Positions 27,077 through 36,039 are shown, numbered from the stretch's first letter. The stretch is 64,000 bases of DNA from a bacterium (GCA_040390065.1 JAZJZE010000005.1:277170-341169); one strand, 5' to 3'. A program made the numbers and translations. Notes: generated by a model from the sequence alone, not told the origin.

Positions 27077-28249
27077 CTACTGGCGGCGTCGCAGGCCCAC
27101 GACGAGCAGTCCGACGGCGAGGATGTTGCCTGCGAACTCGATGCCGGGCGAGGCCTTCGACGAGCCGGCCGGGTTCTGGCCTTCGCTGGTGAAGCCATCG
27201 CCGGGCGTGGTGCCCGGGTCGGGTGATCCGCCGGGGCCAGGGCCGCCGCCCGGAGGTGTGGGCGTCGGGTTGGTCGCGGCCTTGAGGACGTCGAGCGAAA
27301 CGTCGATCGTCTTGTTGGCGCCGGCGGTGCCGACGACGCTGACCTTGAAAGGAACGTGGGTTCCGCCGCTCGCCGATGACGGCACGGTCACCTTGAGTTG
27401 CGAGGCGGCCGTCGTGTTGCCGGCGAGATTGCCCGTCAGGGGGTTGAAAGCGGCGGTGTAGCCGGACGGCAGACCGCTCGTGGACAGCGTGAACTTGGTT
27501 GCCGTGCCCAGGTTCTTGATGGTGAGGTTGTACAAGGCGGAATTGCCGGGCAGGGCCGAAGCCGTGCTCTTCGCGATGCCAAGGTTGAGCGACTCGGTGC
27601 CCACCACGGCCGGGGCGCCCGGGATGCCCATCGCGGTCAAGCCCGAAACCGAGACTGCGTCACCCGTTGCGATGAACAGGTTGCCCTGCGGCGACTGCGA
27701 GGGTGGATTGGCTGCGCCATAGATGTCGACGTTGATGTTGACGAGGTCGCCAGTCGCCACCTTGACGGGTGTCGTGGGCGTGACCGTGGCGGTCAGCTTC
27801 GTGTAAGCAGTTCCGCCGGAGCAGTTGACCTGGTCGAGGCCCTGGCCCGAGAACTGCGCCTTGCCACCGACAGAGACCGTGAAGTCCCATGAAGGAACGT
27901 CGCCGAGGACCGGCAACGTCTGGCCGGCGGGGACAACGGCGGGTTCGTCGCAGCCCACGTACATGGTGAAGACGATGGCGCCGCTCATGGAGAAGTCCTC
28001 GCTCGCCGTGTAGTCGAAGTTCGCCGCGCAGTTCGAGGTGCCAGCCTGGAGGCCCCAGTACGCCTTGCCCGCCGCAGGGATGGTCGTCTGCGCGGAGTAG
28101 AACGGCCCGGCGCACGGCGCCGTGGCCTTGGTGGCGGAGAGGGTCTTGTCGAAGTACAGCGTGCCTTCGCCGGCCGCTTGGGCCACGGGCATCACGTTCA
28201 GGACCGCAAGGCCCGCCAGGAGTGCAATCAGGACAACGCCGACACGCAT
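27077..28249 (-). CDS. Cell-surface protein paralog 3
   Basis: Same constant C-terminal half; KASPGIEF-TM-RRRQ. Confidence 0.85.
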   Translation of the reverse strand: MRVGVVLIALLAGLAVLNVMPVAQAAGEGTLYFDKTLSATKATAPCAGPFYSAQTTIPAAGKAYWGLQAGTSNCAANFDYTASEDFSMSGAIVFTMYVGCDEPAVVPAGQTLPVLGDVPSWDFTVSVGGKAQFSGQGLDQVNCSGGTAYTKLTATVTPTTPVKVATGDLVNINVDIYGAANPPSQSPQGNLFIATGDAVSVSGLTAMGIPGAPAVVGTESLNLGIAKSTASALPGNSALYNLTIKNLGTATKFTLSTSGLPSGYTAAFNPLTGNLAGNTTAASQLKVTVPSSASGGTHVPFKVSVVGTAGANKTIDVSLDVLKAATNPTPTPPGGGPGPGGSPDPGTTPGDGFTSEGQNPAGSSKASPGIEFAGNILAVGLLVVGLRRRQ

Positions 28250-28310
28250 GAAGCCCAGGGGGGCGGGACCCATCTTCAAGACTATGGCTAAGTCGCCGAA
28301 ACTTGGGCGC

Positions 28311-29768
28311 CTACGCGCGCAATCCGACGAGGAGGCGGTGCTGCTGCACGACGGAGTCGACGGCGTGGGCGCCGGCGTTGACGCGGGCTTGGGCCTGGGC
28401 TTCCGTCATGCCGGGCCCCGTGATGCCGAGTCCGACCGGCTTCTCGACGTCGAATGCCAGGTCGGCAAGCTTCCGTGCCGTTTCGCGGGCGATGATGACG
28501 TCGTGCCCGGTCTCGCCCTGCACGACAGCTCCGACCACGACGAGGGCGTCGATGTCGTTGCGGCGCAGCAGGAGCTTAGCGGCGAGCGGCACGTCGAAGA
28601 CGCCGGGGACATGGTGGTGCGCCGCGATGGGCGCGCCGAGGATCTGGGCCCGCGCCTTAGCGGCTTCCGCCATGCGCGTCGTCGTGTCGAAATGGTAGTC
28701 GCTCTGCAGAATGGCGATGCGCGGGCTCGTTCCTCCGGGCTTGATGGGCGGGGCTCCGCTCGTGTGCGGCGTGCCAGACGTGCTGTGCTGAGCGTCAGCC
28801 GCGGCGTGCGTGGTCGGCGCGTGGCTGGGCGCTGCATGCGTCGGGGCCGGCGCGGCGCGGGGCACCTGCACGGCGGCAGGCGGGCGGGGGACGTACGGTG
28901 TGGCTGTCACAGGGACCTCGGCGGGGGCGGAAATGGTCGGAGCGGGACGGCTGGCGGCGGGTGGATGGGGCAACGGCGAGGCGCCGTGTACGGCGGGCGG
29001 AATCTCGGGGATGGGGGCGAAGATGTCCTCGCCTTCGGGATGCTCGACGACGGTCTTGCTCGGGCCGTACGCCGACGACTTGGACATGACGAGTTCGGGC
29101 GCCGAGGCGAGGTCCGCGGCTGCGTCGAGCACGGCTTGGTCCGCGACGGCGGCTTCGTGCGCGGCGACTTTTTCCTGCGCCGCTTTTTCCTCCGGGCTGC
29201 GCGGCGGCGGCGCCTCCTTCACCGGCATGACGCCGAAACGCTTGGGCGTCGCGACCTCGATGTCCGGCTCCTTCATCTTGGACAGGATCTCGTGCGCCTT
29301 CGGGGGCGGCGGCGGCTCGTGGCGGATTCCCTTGCCCGTCCGCGGATGCTCCTTCAGGTCCGGGCGCTGGTATTCCTCGAAGAGCGGATCTTCCGTGACC
29401 TTGACGGAGGGCGGCGGCGATGGCTTGTCGACGACGACCTTGGGATCGGCTGCGGCGACGGCAGGCATGCCGGGAAGCGGCGGCACCGGCCACGTCGACT
29501 TGGCCGTCGGCGCGCTGCGGGGGACCTCGGGGACGCCGATGCCCTTTGCCAAGTTGGCCTTGGTCAGCGGGGGCTGTGGGCCGCCGGCCGGGGGGAATTG
29601 GTAGCCCGCGGCGCGCAGGCCCTTGGACTTGGGCAGCGGGTTGCCGTGCTCGTCGAGCCGCGGCGGAGCCGTGTACTCGTCGAACTCGGCGGTGGTGTCC
29701 GTGATGGCGGGCTGGTCGCGCGGCGGCGGCTCCTTGCCGTGCGGCTCGGCGGCCTTGTCGTGTGCCAT
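28311..29768 (-). CDS. ribH: 6,7-dimethyl-8-ribityllumazine synthase with long Pro-rich N-terminal extension
   Basis: C-terminal ~140 aa: VPGVFDVPLAAK, GAVVQGETGHD, KPVGLGITGPGM; the frame is open from ATG 29768, with TTCAAG 25 nt upstream. Confidence 0.85.
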   Translation of the reverse strand: MAHDKAAEPHGKEPPPRDQPAITDTTAEFDEYTAPPRLDEHGNPLPKSKGLRAAGYQFPPAGGPQPPLTKANLAKGIGVPEVPRSAPTAKSTWPVPPLPGMPAVAAADPKVVVDKPSPPPSVKVTEDPLFEEYQRPDLKEHPRTGKGIRHEPPPPPKAHEILSKMKEPDIEVATPKRFGVMPVKEAPPPRSPEEKAAQEKVAAHEAAVADQAVLDAAADLASAPELVMSKSSAYGPSKTVVEHPEGEDIFAPIPEIPPAVHGASPLPHPPAASRPAPTISAPAEVPVTATPYVPRPPAAVQVPRAAPAPTHAAPSHAPTTHAAADAQHSTSGTPHTSGAPPIKPGGTSPRIAILQSDYHFDTTTRMAEAAKARAQILGAPIAAHHHVPGVFDVPLAAKLLLRRNDIDALVVVGAVVQGETGHDVIIARETARKLADLAFDVEKPVGLGITGPGMTEAQAQARVNAGAHAVDSVVQQHRLLVGLRA

Positions 29769-29847
29769 CCCAACACTCGCCACGACGTCATCCCTTGAAG
29801 CCTTTCTGTTGGGCCGCCCGCATCGCGGCAAGACCGTTTCACCCACC

Positions 29848-29884
29848 CCATACAAACATGTTTATCGTGTAAAGAACTGTATGG
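29848..29884 (+). promoter_or_regulatory. Candidate operator/promoter of the putative toxin-antitoxin pair
   Basis: CCATACA...TGTATGG inverted repeat with the internal perfect palindrome AAACATGTTT in an AT-rich patch. Confidence 0.45.
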
Positions 29885-29888
29885 CTTC

Positions 29889-30155
29889 ATGCAGATGCAG
29901 AGAGTTGATGTCAACGTCGGGACGCTGCACAACGTCGAGGAGGTCCTGCGGGCAGCCTCCGTTCCTGTCAGTCGGTACTTCATCCTGGAGCGACTGAAGG
30001 AAGCGGGTCGCGCCACAAACCAGCCCCGGCTGAACGTGGCCATCGCCTACCTCTGCAGTCACGAACTTGCCATCGAAGGTGAACGCGGCATCCAGTGGAC
30101 CCAATCCGGCTCGGCAGCGCTGCGGCGCGCGGCGGCGGCCGGCCGGCGGGTGTGA
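29889..30155 (+). CDS. Small winged-helix-like protein, putative antitoxin
   Basis: 88 aa helix-helix-helix-hairpin pattern, directly upstream of a RelE-like ORF. Confidence 0.55.
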   Translation: MQMQRVDVNVGTLHNVEEVLRAASVPVSRYFILERLKEAGRATNQPRLNVAIAYLCSHELAIEGERGIQWTQSGSAALRRAAAAGRRV

Positions 30156-30156
30156 C

Positions 30157-30501
30157 CTGGCCAGTTTCAGGGCCAGCGAGGTCGTCATCCACCCCGACCT
30201 CGACGCGGCCTTCCGGCGCATTGAAGCCGAAGCCGCCGCCGGGCGGCAACCGTCGGCCGCCATCTGGAAATCGCTCCTGACGGCCTTCCAGCGCGCCAAG
30301 ACGAGCGCACAGTTTGCCGACCCGATTCCACCGCGCCGGATTCCTGCGCATGTTCGGCGCTACGGGCTTGCCAACCTGTACTGCGTCGACTTGGCGGACT
30401 TCCATCGCGGGTTCTACACCCTCGAAGGCCGACGCGTCATCTTCCTCGATGTCGTCGACCACCGGCAGTACGACGAATGGTTCCCCAACAAGGGCCGCTG
30501 A
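30157..30501 (+). CDS. RelE/ParE-like protein, putative toxin
   Basis: NLYCVDLADFHRGFYTL...VIFLDVVDHRQYDEWF; no in-frame ATG/GTG near the 5' end, so CTG at 30157 is assumed. Confidence 0.55.
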   Translation: MASFRASEVVIHPDLDAAFRRIEAEAAAGRQPSAAIWKSLLTAFQRAKTSAQFADPIPPRRIPAHVRRYGLANLYCVDLADFHRGFYTLEGRRVIFLDVVDHRQYDEWFPNKGR

Positions 30502-30502
30502 T

Positions 30503-31099
30503 TCAGCGCGACGCGGGCCGTAGGTGCCCGGTCTCGCGGCGCGCCGGGTCTGCGGAGCCGACATCGGAGAATCCTTGGCGCTGGCCGGTGCCGGCGCGGG
30601 CGACGAGCTCCTCGGGCTTCTCCAGGATCCAGTGCGCATTCACGGCGTGCTCGGCGACGCGGTTCTGCACGATGCGCAAAAGCTCGGCGTCGTCGCGGGC
30701 CTCGTCCATGTGGACGAAGACCTCGAGGATGTGCGTCGAGGTGAGCAGCTGGGCCTGCCCGACGGCGAGGCTCGACTCGTGGGCGCACTGCTTGTCGATG
30801 GGCTCCGGGCCGACCATGCCGCAGGCGAGCATGATGTTGCAGCCGCCCTCGATCATCTGCTTGGCGGCGACCGCGAGGTCCTTGAAACCCGGAACGGTGC
30901 GGCGCAGGATGCGGTTGTCGGCGATGCCGAGGCCCTGCAACGTACGCACCGCGATGTCGCCCATGTTGACGGTCGCGAACGTCGTGTCGACGATGCCGTA
31001 GCGCGGGCCCGTCGTCCCCATCGGGCGCGGCTGGGCCTTGTGGACCATGACCTTGGGGGGCGGACGGCTGCCGTCCTCGGGGCGCCAGATGAGGCTCAT
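30503..31099 (-). CDS. ribC: Archaeal riboflavin synthase
   Basis: GIVDTTFATVNMG, TVPGFKDL, HILEVFVHMDEA, AGTGQRQGF. Confidence 0.92.
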   Translation of the reverse strand: MSLIWRPEDGSRPPPKVMVHKAQPRPMGTTGPRYGIVDTTFATVNMGDIAVRTLQGLGIADNRILRRTVPGFKDLAVAAKQMIEGGCNIMLACGMVGPEPIDKQCAHESSLAVGQAQLLTSTHILEVFVHMDEARDDAELLRIVQNRVAEHAVNAHWILEKPEELVARAGTGQRQGFSDVGSADPARRETGHLRPASR

Positions 31100-31224
31100 C
31101 GGGGATTGGACGGCGGCTGGGGAATGTAAAGGGTGAGGTTGGCGCCTGCGGCTGGAGGCGGCCGCGTATTGCGCCACGAGGACGGAATCGTAGCTTCTTT
31201 GCGGGCAGCGGACGTCGGGTCCAT

Positions 31225-31755
31225 GTGACGCTGCTAGCACAAGTCGGCGCGCCCGCCGGACAAGCCAACGTCGAATGGGTTGGGTGGATTATCGTTGCCG
31301 CCCTCGTCATGACGCTTCTTTGGCCCTGGTTCATCCTGGCTGCCCTGAACCGAATGAGCCGCGCCCAAGAGAGATTGGCAAGGGGCTTGACAAATGAGCC
31401 AGGGCGCCCGAGCCAGGCAGAAAGCATGGCGAGGATGGCACACGCGCTGGCGCGGCTGGCCGATGCCGAAGACCGGAAGGAGACGGCATTGGCCCGGCTG
31501 GCAGCTGCGCACGAGGCCCTGGCCCCCGCCCCCCGCGGAGAAAAGAGAAAAGGACCGGAAGCGGTGGCCGCAGTCCCCACCGTCCAACCAGACGCTGCAG
31601 CGAGCGCCGACCTGACGGACCCCCCGCTCCGACCGCGCCCGCAGTACGAGACTCCGAGCCACAAGCGCGCGATTGTAAGTTCAACGGATTGGGCCATCAT
31701 AGCGGGCATCTCGGGCGCTGCCTTGCTGTTCCTTTGGTGGCTTTTCCGCCACTAA
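31225..31755 (+). CDS. Hypothetical membrane protein (N- and C-terminal TM)
   Basis: Two hydrophobic helices flank a coiled-coil/Pro region; antisense to the rib cluster. Confidence 0.5.
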   Translation: MTLLAQVGAPAGQANVEWVGWIIVAALVMTLLWPWFILAALNRMSRAQERLARGLTNEPGRPSQAESMARMAHALARLADAEDRKETALARLAAAHEALAPAPRGEKRKGPEAVAAVPTVQPDAAASADLTDPPLRPRPQYETPSHKRAIVSSTDWAIIAGISGAALLFLWWLFRH

Positions 31756-31762
31756 TGGTCGG

Positions 31763-32311
31763 TTAGCCCGCGGCCTTCCCCCCGTACAGGGTCTGCTCCG
31801 CCGCCCTCTCCGCCACTTTCTCGATGATCTTGCGCGTGCCATCCAAGTCGCCCAAATAATGGGGAAGCCGAACCACCTTGCACTTCCATCCGCGCTTCTC
31901 GCACTCCGCCGCGACCGCCGCTTCGTCGTACTTCTGGTCGAAGCCGAGGGCGATGATGTCGGGCTTGAGCTCGACGACGATGCGGTAGTAGTCGCCGCGG
32001 TGGCCCAGCACGGCGCGGTCGACGGGCTTCAGGGCCTCGACCATGCGGCGGCGGTGCTCCTCCGACGTGATGGGCTTGTGCTTCTCCTTCGTCGCGGATT
32101 CGTCGCGTGCGATGACGACGACGAGTTCGTCGCCGAGTTTCTTGGCTTCCTCGAGCATGTGGAGGTGGCCGGGGTGCAGGAGGTCGAAGACGCCCGTCGT
32201 CATGACGCGAACGTGAGGGCGCAGGCCGCGTGGCGACGCGGGAGCCGATGTCGCGGCTACGCGGGGACTGCCGGACTCGGCGGGCTTGCGCGGGCTGCGT
32301 TGTGGTGCCAT
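31763..32311 (-). CDS. ribL: Archaeal FAD synthetase
   Basis: VRVMTTGVFDLLHPGH (HxGH), LKPVD, PDIIALGFDQ, GTRKII; start 32311 (overlapping ribB) or 32203. Confidence 0.85.
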   Translation of the reverse strand: MAPQRSPRKPAESGSPRVAATSAPASPRGLRPHVRVMTTGVFDLLHPGHLHMLEEAKKLGDELVVVIARDESATKEKHKPITSEEHRRRMVEALKPVDRAVLGHRGDYYRIVVELKPDIIALGFDQKYDEAAVAAECEKRGWKCKVVRLPHYLGDLDGTRKIIEKVAERAAEQTLYGGKAAG

Positions 32312-32994
32312 GCCGTGATGACGTCCTGGCCGGTGAGGAACACCAAGCCGTGTCGCTCCGCGTAGGCGCGCGCGTCCTTTTGAGACAGCGCCTTGCCCGT
32401 TGCGTCCAGCATCTCGCAGATTGTGGTCGACGGCACGAGGCTCGCCTGTCGAGCGAGCTCGATGGAGAGTTCCGTGTGGCCTTGGCGGGCTGCGAGTCCG
32501 CCGTCGGCGCCGTTCAGAAGGATGACGTGTCCCGGGGTGCGGAATTGTGCACCGAAGCGTTCGCGGGCCGTCGCGGGCCCGACGCGTTCGAGGTCGCCAA
32601 GGAACGCGGCCAATTCCTGGATGGTGAGGCTGCGGTCGCCGTCGGGGATGCCGGTGAACGTGCGCCGTGAATTGAGGGTGATGCCGAAGCTGGACTTCGA
32701 CGGGTCGTAGCGCAGGTCGTGCGCTTTCATCTCGGCGAGGACCGGGTGGCGAGCTGCTGCGTCGGCCAGAAGGTCGGCGAGAAAAGGCAGGCCCAGCTTG
32801 CGGTGGTGCTCCGGCGCGACCGTCGTGCACAGGAGGCCGCCGGCGTCTTGCCGGAGGCGTCGGATGGCGGCGGGAGTCGCGTGCTGTGAGGCGATGACCA
32901 GGTCGGTCTCGCCTTCCCGGGAGTCGGAGTCGAACAGGAGGACCGGGTCACCGCGGCGCAGGGCTGCCGTTGCGCGCTCGACGGGGGATTGCAC
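32257..32994 (-). CDS. ribB: 3,4-dihydroxy-2-butanone-4-phosphate synthase
   Basis: FDSDSREGETD, RTFTGIPDGDR, FRTPGHV, RQGHTELS, CEMLD. Confidence 0.92.
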   Translation of the reverse strand: MQSPVERATAALRRGDPVLLFDSDSREGETDLVIASQHATPAAIRRLRQDAGGLLCTTVAPEHHRKLGLPFLADLLADAAARHPVLAEMKAHDLRYDPSKSSFGITLNSRRTFTGIPDGDRSLTIQELAAFLGDLERVGPATARERFGAQFRTPGHVILLNGADGGLAARQGHTELSIELARQASLVPSTTICEMLDATGKALSQKDARAYAERHGLVFLTGQDVITAWHHNAARASPPSPAVPA

Positions 32995-33043
32995 GGGGGC
33001 CGCGAGCACGACCACGGATATCAAGAATGAGTTGCAAGCAGAA

Positions 33044-33087
33044 AATGAGTAGGTTAGCTTTCCAGGAGAGAAAAGCCAGCGAACTCA
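33044..33087 (-). terminator. Hairpin followed by a U-tract after rps17e
   Basis: Minus strand UGAGU..UGGCUUU-loop-AAAGCUA..ACUCA followed by UUUUC. Confidence 0.35.
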
Positions 33088-33122
33088 GAAAAGGGTTGGA
33101 AGAAGGGGTGGACGAAGACGGG

Positions 33123-33380
33123 TTACGCTGCGGCCGGGACGTCGTCGACGACGGGCTTCGTGCCCGATTCCTCGGCGGCCTCGACGGTGGCGGCTTCCCA
33201 GTTCTTGCGGTACGTGGTTACGTAGCCCGCGATGCGGTTGCGGAACACGGTGGTCTTGACGTCCGTCAGTTGGCCTACAACCTTCTTGTTGTGCTCGAAG
33301 TCATCGCTGAACTGGTCGTTGTACTTCTTGACCAGGTCGATCGCGACGCGCTTGATGTAGGTCTGACGGATGTTTCCCAC
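33123..33380 (-). CDS. rps17e: 30S ribosomal protein S17e
   Basis: GNIRQTYIKR...FSDDFEHNKK...RNRIAGYVT. Confidence 0.95.
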   Translation of the reverse strand: MGNIRQTYIKRVAIDLVKKYNDQFSDDFEHNKKVVGQLTDVKTTVFRNRIAGYVTTYRKNWEAATVEAAEESGTKPVVDDVPAAA

Positions 33381-33385
33381 GAATG

Positions 33386-34273
33386 TCACCGGGTTAGGGC
33401 GCCCTCAGCCAACCTTGGATATAAGCGTTGGCCGGCCGTCGGAGGCGTTGGCGCCAGAGTCTCCAGGATTGCCAAGCGGTAGGTGGCGTCGCGAAACAGC
33501 CCGAGATGCTCGCCCCGCAGACGCATGACCCGCGTGCGTTCGGCTGGCAGGCCCGCCGCGACGGACTCGGACAGGCCGATGGGCGTGACGGCGTCGTCCG
33601 CGCTGGCGACGACGAGGATGCGCTGTGCCCGCACGGCCGCCGCATTCGCCCCGGCGTCGATGCGACGGTAGGTCGTGCGCGCGACGGCACCGAAAGCGGA
33701 GTTCAGGACGCCCAGCGCTCGTTGGCCACGGGCCTCTGCGTACCATGAGGCAAACGTCGGGTAGGGCGACTCCAGCACGAGGCCATCAATGGGTGGCAGT
33801 CGGGGCGACGCGTTGATGCAGGCGAAGGCGCCCAGGCTCAAGCCTACCAGGTGCAACGGCAAGTCGGGGCGAGCCTCATGCGCGTACTCGCAGGCGGCGG
33901 CGACGTCGTCATGGAAGTACGTCGAGCCGCCGGAGGATTCCCCGTACGCCGCGAAATCGAAGAGCACGGCCTCCAACCCGTTCGACAGGAGCCAGTCGAC
34001 CCAACCCTCGCGCAGGAACCAGTGCTTGCCGTAGCGACGGTCGGGATGCGCGAGGACGACGATGCCGCGCGGTGCATCATGCCGGACGTGCAACGCAGCG
34101 ATGCGCGCACCGGAATTGCCAGTCAGGGTGACCCGTTCGGCGGACAGGTGATCGGGGACAGGCCAAGGTCCACCGCGCCGGCCGCGCAGGAAGAAGCCGC
34201 GCACGACGGCGCCCACGATGCGCTTGGACGCGGCCGACGGCTCCTTTGGCGGACCGCCCTCCATTGCTTTCAT
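33386..34273 (-). CDS. Alpha/beta hydrolase
   Basis: FDFAAYGES, GLSLG nucleophile, DDAVTP, GEH. Confidence 0.85.
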   Translation of the reverse strand: MKAMEGGPPKEPSAASKRIVGAVVRGFFLRGRRGGPWPVPDHLSAERVTLTGNSGARIAALHVRHDAPRGIVVLAHPDRRYGKHWFLREGWVDWLLSNGLEAVLFDFAAYGESSGGSTYFHDDVAAACEYAHEARPDLPLHLVGLSLGAFACINASPRLPPIDGLVLESPYPTFASWYAEARGQRALGVLNSAFGAVARTTYRRIDAGANAAAVRAQRILVVASADDAVTPIGLSESVAAGLPAERTRVMRLRGEHLGLFRDATYRLAILETLAPTPPTAGQRLYPRLAEGALTR

Positions 34274-34386
34274 AAGGAAAGTCTATGTCTGATGGACAGC
34301 ATAAAGGATGCGTGGCCACGCGGACAGTCGCTGTCGTGCGGGAAAGTGCCCTCCCCGCCCATTGCCCCCTGCGGGACCCGGCAGCC

Positions 34387-34791
34387 ATGGCGTCCTTCCG
34401 TGCCGCGCTCAAGGCCGGCTCCGACCTCAGCCTCGCCACGCGGGATTTCCTCGCGACGAAGCCGCCCGCGCAGACCGGAGCGTGGATGCGCGAGTCGCTG
34501 CGCCAGAGCCACCTGTTGTTCACGCCTTGGACCATGGAGATCCTGATGCTGGTTGGCGCCTTCGGCTCGACTCGCTTCTCCACGCTGCAGCAACTTCTCG
34601 GTGCGAGCTCGCGGACGCTCAGCAACAAGTTGCGCGCCCTCACGGAAGGCGGCTTCCTCGAGCGCGTCGTGGACGCCGGGCCGCCGCTACGCACGTCGTA
34701 CCGTTTGAGCAAGCATGGCCGCGCCACGGCGGCTGCGGCAAGCCCGCTCCTGGCGCACCTCAACCTCGCCGCCATTGGCGCCCTCCGCTAG
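34387..34791 (+). CDS. HxlR-family winged-helix regulator
   Basis: WTMEIL...RFSTLQ..L.ASSRTLSNKLRAL..GFLER.V...PLRTSYRLS. Confidence 0.85.
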   Translation: MASFRAALKAGSDLSLATRDFLATKPPAQTGAWMRESLRQSHLLFTPWTMEILMLVGAFGSTRFSTLQQLLGASSRTLSNKLRALTEGGFLERVVDAGPPLRTSYRLSKHGRATAAAASPLLAHLNLAAIGALR

Positions 34792-35477
34792 AACGCAGCC
34801 AGGCCGGGCGGCCGCCACGGCAGCGGCGCCTTTGCAGCAGGGAAAGCGTCGCGCAACACGTCGTCGTGCACGCGGTACGCCCCCAGCAAGTCCGTCGTCG
34901 CGGGACGCAGGAGCTTGCGGCACGCGGCGTCGTCCCCCGCCAACCAGGTTTGGCATTCCTTCCAATCGCGGAGCGCCACAATCTCGCGGGGCGTGTCATG
35001 GATCGGGTCGAAGACCGGGCCGGCCTCCACGGTGACCATCGTGACGTGCCACTCGGTGCGGAACTTCCCGTTCTGGATGCGACCGAGACCCGGCACCCAC
35101 CACGGCTCGTCGGGATTGTCTTCCCGCACGACGCACGACCAGCGCCGGTCGCCGTGGCGCTTCGTCATCTCGTAGCCATGCGAGACGGGGATGACGACGT
35201 GGCTCGCCGCCTTGCCCCACATAGCGCTCCAAAGGGGGCTCTCGGCCAAGCGGTCGTCGCGCGCATTCCAATCGAACCGTCCCGTGTTCATGCCCCAATT
35301 CCCGACGGAGGCGGCGGGGCCACCGGCGTCGCGGTTGTGCACGACGTCGATGGGCTGGTTGGGGCGGATCTTGCGGGGATAGGCTCCGTCACCCCGCTTG
35401 TCGAGCCCGACCTCCTCGACGCTGTACCTCTTGTACGCGAAGCGCACGTTTCCGAACTGATCCACGAAGATGCACAT
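34788..35477 (-). CDS. SOS response-associated peptidase (SRAP/HMCES/YedK family), divergent
   Basis: Met-Cys start, WG, NAR, GYE, IH..PR, WL pattern of SRAP proteins. Confidence 0.7.
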   Translation of the reverse strand: MCIFVDQFGNVRFAYKRYSVEEVGLDKRGDGAYPRKIRPNQPIDVVHNRDAGGPAASVGNWGMNTGRFDWNARDDRLAESPLWSAMWGKAASHVVIPVSHGYEMTKRHGDRRWSCVVREDNPDEPWWVPGLGRIQNGKFRTEWHVTMVTVEAGPVFDPIHDTPREIVALRDWKECQTWLAGDDAACRKLLRPATTDLLGAYRVHDDVLRDAFPAAKAPLPWRPPGLAAF

Positions 35478-35479
35478 GT

Positions 35480-35968
35480 CTAGGTGCGGTGCCACCGCAG
35501 CGGGGTGCCATCGACGCGGCGCAGCACACCCTTGGCCTCGAGGTCCAGTTGCACGCACTTGGCCCACCAGCGCTCGGTGGAGCCGGGGAACTTGGCGCGG
35601 CTCGCCTTCGCACGCACGGCCTCGAACATCTCGCCCTGGGTGATGCCTGGCGCCTTCGCGGGCACGACGGCCAACAGCACGTCCTTCATGGCGGCATACT
35701 TCTCGGCGTCGACGAAATTGCTGTAGCCCGGAACATTGGGGGTGCCGACGGCGACTTGGCCCGGACCCGGGCGCCGCGCGGGTGGCGTCTTCTTGGCATG
35801 CACGGTTGCCTGGTACGCGGCCGTGCGGTCGTTGGCATGGATTCCGGTCGCGCGCTTGGCAGGCCGGCTGGAGGCGGCCGCCTTGGCTTCCTTTCGGCCG
35901 CTGCCGATGGCGGCCTGCTTGCGGGTCTTGCTGGCGACGGCCTCGCGTGTCGCTTTGGGTTTCGGCAT
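35480..35968 (-). CDS. DUF6958-like protein with basic N-terminal tail
   Basis: VDAEKYAAMKDVLL...WWAKCVQLDLEAKG. Confidence 0.7.
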   Translation of the reverse strand: MPKPKATREAVASKTRKQAAIGSGRKEAKAAASSRPAKRATGIHANDRTAAYQATVHAKKTPPARRPGPGQVAVGTPNVPGYSNFVDAEKYAAMKDVLLAVVPAKAPGITQGEMFEAVRAKASRAKFPGSTERWWAKCVQLDLEAKGVLRRVDGTPLRWHRT

Positions 35969-36039
35969 GCCCGGGCCTAACCTGGTTCGGCATAAATGCA
36001 AGTCGCAAGAGTCAAGCCGGTCGGGTTGGTCGTGCCGGC

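Larger units (their letters stand above)
25833..28279 (-). promoter_or_regulatory. Three TTGAAG promoter boxes (25833-38, 27052-57, 28274-79), one per surface-protein paralog
   Basis: Each lies exactly 24 nt upstream of its ATG; two share the upstream TGCCGCAAC. Confidence 0.6.

Noticed and set aside
24660-28249. Diversity-generating retroelement acting on the surface-protein trio
   Set aside because: No reverse transcriptase and no template/variable repeat pair with adenine-specific mismatches in the window.
32995-33122. FMN riboswitch or specific regulator site upstream of ribB
   Set aside because: No FMN riboswitch consensus. The AATGAGT pair (33026, 33044) is short and partly explained by a terminator-like hairpin.
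35969-36039. Fluoride riboswitch upstream of crcB
   Set aside because: The GGCGAUG...GUUCGCC and UGAC consensus elements are not present.
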